Below are positions 62,012-64,000 of a DNA stretch of 64,000 bases, in pieces. The notes beneath the pieces were generated by a model that worked only from the letters and a program-made list of their open reading frames with translations, was not told where the DNA came from and made no database searches. The translations under genes were made by a program, and so were the position numbers. Every line of letters starts with the position of its first letter. Within the stretch, counting starts at the first letter, position 1. This DNA comes from Verrucomicrobiia bacterium (GTDB lineage: Bacteria; Verrucomicrobiota; Verrucomicrobiia; JAWXBN01). The stretch spans positions 3,084 to 67,083 of the forward strand of contig JANRIZ010000160.1 in assembly GCA_033764445.1 (NCBI GenBank), written 5' to 3'.

Positions 62012-62488
62012 ATGTATGCTTCACCGATGCATTTGAGTGATCTGCTGCATGTGCAGACAATAGCCCCAGATTTGAAGGCCAACGACCGTTGGGCTGCCTT
62101 TACCGAGCTCCTGAATCTTTTGGTTGAGGGTGGCAAGATCAAGGACTACGAACAAAAAGGCATCTATGAGCTTCTTGTCCATCGTGAAAACATGATGACC
62201 ACGGGCATTGGTCATGGCATTGCCATTCCCCATGCCTCCTACGACCAGACCGAGGAGGTGATTGCCGCCTTTGGCCGTTCCCGGACCGGAATCCAGTTTG
62301 AGGCGCTCGACGGCCAGCCTGTTTATTATGTGGCGATGATCATTGTGCCCAAGGCGCAGTTCCAGACCCATCTTAAAACCCTTTCCATCCTGGCCAAATA
62401 CTTCAACAACCCCGCCAACCGTCAGGCCATTGACAATGCCCGGACCGTTGACGAACTGTCGCGCTGTTTTGAAGTCGCCGAAGTGTAG
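62012..62488 (+). CDS. PTS EIIA domain protein (PtsN/fructose-mannitol type), stand-alone
   Basis: RENMMTTGIGHGIAIPHA (phospho-His), FGRS..GI.FEALDGQPV, HLKTLS. Confidence 0.88.
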   Translation: MYASPMHLSDLLHVQTIAPDLKANDRWAAFTELLNLLVEGGKIKDYEQKGIYELLVHRENMMTTGIGHGIAIPHASYDQTEEVIAAFGRSRTGIQFEALDGQPVYYVAMIIVPKAQFQTHLKTLSILAKYFNNPANRQAIDNARTVDELSRCFEVAEV

Positions 62489-62520
62489 GAATCCCGTCAG
62501 ATCTTCTGTTTTGTCCCGAC

Positions 62521-64000
62521 ATGAAACTCATCCCCCTCCAGATTGCCCATGCCCTTTTGCCCTCCGTTGAAAAGCTCACGGGTCAGTCCCTCTCCCCGAT
62601 GGGCCTTGTCAAACCCTGTCAGGACCCCTCCCACGGGGATTACCAGTGCAATGCGGCGATGAGCCTGGCCCGTGGGCTCAAGCAGAATCCCCGGGACCTG
62701 GCGGCCCGGATCATCGAGTCTTCCGACCTGGGGGCCCTGTGCGAGACCCCGCAGATTGCGGGACCGGGATTCATCAATTTTCGTTTAAAGCCCGAATATC
62801 TGGCCTCCCAACTCACCCGGATGGACACGGAGCCCCGCCTGGGGGTCGAACCGGTGACCTCGCCCCGGACCATCGTGGTGGATTTCAGCGCCCCCAACGT
62901 GGCCAAGCAGATGCACGTGGGCCATATCCGCTCGACCATCCTCGGCGATTGCCTGGCCCGCATCCTGCGATTTCTCGGGCACCGGGTGGTGACCGATAAC
63001 CACATTGGCGACTGGGGCACACAGTTTGGAAAACTGATTGTCGGATACAAGAGACATCTGGATGCCGCCGCCCTGGAACGGGACCCGATTGCCGAACTGG
63101 AGCGGTTGTACAAAACCGTCAATTCCGCCTGTGAGGAGGAGGAAAAACAGGGGACCCAGACCCTGATGACCGCCTGCCGGGAGGAACTCCGCAAATTGCA
63201 GGAGGGGGATGCGGAGAATCTGGCCCTCTGGCGGCTGTTTATCGACCTGTCCAAAGGCCAGTTTGAATCCGTCTATGGCCGGCTGGGGGTGAAGTTCGAC
63301 CACACCCTGGGGGAGAGTTTTTACAATCCCATGCTCAAGGGAATCGTGCAGGAGCTGCTCGACCGGAAGGTGGCCGAGCCCAGTCAGGGCGCCGTGTGTG
63401 TCTTTTTTCCCGAAAACAAGGAATTGGCGGAGAAACCCTTTCTGATCCAGAAGAGCGACGGGGCCGCCCTGTACGCCACCACCGACCTGGCCACCCTGAG
63501 ATACCGTCAGGAGCATTTTGCGGCGGATGAAATCATCTATGTGACCGACGGACGCCAGCAGCTTCATTTCAAACAGCTCTTTGCCACCGCCCAAAAGTGG
63601 GGCATTCGGATGAAACTGGTGCACGTGTGGTTTGGGGCCATCCTCGGGGAGAATGGCAAACCCATCAAGACCCGGAGCGGGGATCCCATCAAATTGGTCG
63701 ACCTCCTCGACGAGGCCGAGTCGCGTTCCCGGGCGATTTTTCATGAGCTTGAGATGGAACGTCAGAAAAAGGGAATCCCTGTCGATTCCCTGTCGGATGA
63801 CGTGTTGGACCGGGTGGTCCGGGTGGTGGGCCTGGGGGCGGTCAAATATGCGGACCTGGTGCAGAACCGCACGAGCGACTACGTGTTTGACTGGGACAAA
63901 ATGCTTTCGATGCAGGGCAACACCGCCCCGTACCTGCAAAATGCGTATGCACGCATCCGGTCCATCCAGCGCAAATCCGGGAGTGTCCCCGCGGGGGGCG
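62521..64000 (+). CDS. argS: Arginyl-tRNA synthetase; 3' end runs off the window
   Basis: Not in the ORF track. Manual frame from ATG 62521: GDYQCNAAM, AGPGFINF, VDFSAPNVAKQMHVGHIRSTILGD, NHIGDWGTQFG, GESFY, KSDGAALYATTDLA, YVTDGRQQLHF, KTRSG, YLQNAYARI. Confidence 0.97.
   Translation, partial: MKLIPLQIAHALLPSVEKLTGQSLSPMGLVKPCQDPSHGDYQCNAAMSLARGLKQNPRDLAARIIESSDLGALCETPQIAGPGFINFRLKPEYLASQLTRMDTEPRLGVEPVTSPRTIVVDFSAPNVAKQMHVGHIRSTILGDCLARILRFLGHRVVTDNHIGDWGTQFGKLIVGYKRHLDAAALERDPIAELERLYKTVNSACEEEEKQGTQTLMTACREELRKLQEGDAENLALWRLFIDLSKGQFESVYGRLGVKFDHTLGESFYNPMLKGIVQELLDRKVAEPSQGAVCVFFPENKELAEKPFLIQKSDGAALYATTDLATLRYRQEHFAADEIIYVTDGRQQLHFKQLFATAQKWGIRMKLVHVWFGAILGENGKPIKTRSGDPIKLVDLLDEAESRSRAIFHELEMERQKKGIPVDSLSDDVLDRVVRVVGLGAVKYADLVQNRTSDYVFDWDKMLSMQGNTAPYLQNAYARIRSIQRKSGSVPAGG

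Overview
GC-rich bacterial chromosome segment. It is most likely Verrucomicrobiota/PVC, inferred from a PEP-CTERM adhesin, the PVC-type small basic protein and a prs-rplY-pth-rpsF-ssb-rplI operon lacking rpsR. It is mostly core genes: korA (partial), manA, folD, folB, purD, moaA, actP, tRNA-Gly, hpf-hprK-HPr-ptsI, acpS, serS, ribF, trxB, mutY, pgk-tpiA-secG, prs operon and argS (partial). There is no CRISPR array, rRNA, prophage or intact transposase. Best leads: (1) a HAD-Nudix fusion translationally coupled to folB, a candidate for both missing dephosphorylation steps of folate synthesis; (2) a four-gene vWA/SBP-XpaC-SBP-TelA envelope module; (3) a secreted caspase-fold (His-Cys) protein converging on a two-module PEP-CTERM adhesin; (4) an ABCG-type exporter / membrane OB-like / large helical protein operon; (5) an AbiE-like type IV TA pair with a visible four-half-site operator; (6) a RAYT-like transposase remnant with REP-like hairpins, plus a dispersed CACGGAT/CGCGGAT repeat family that brackets small genes like cassettes; (7) a repeated signature of leaderless transcription. 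All family assignments come from motif recognition by eye; no database search was run.
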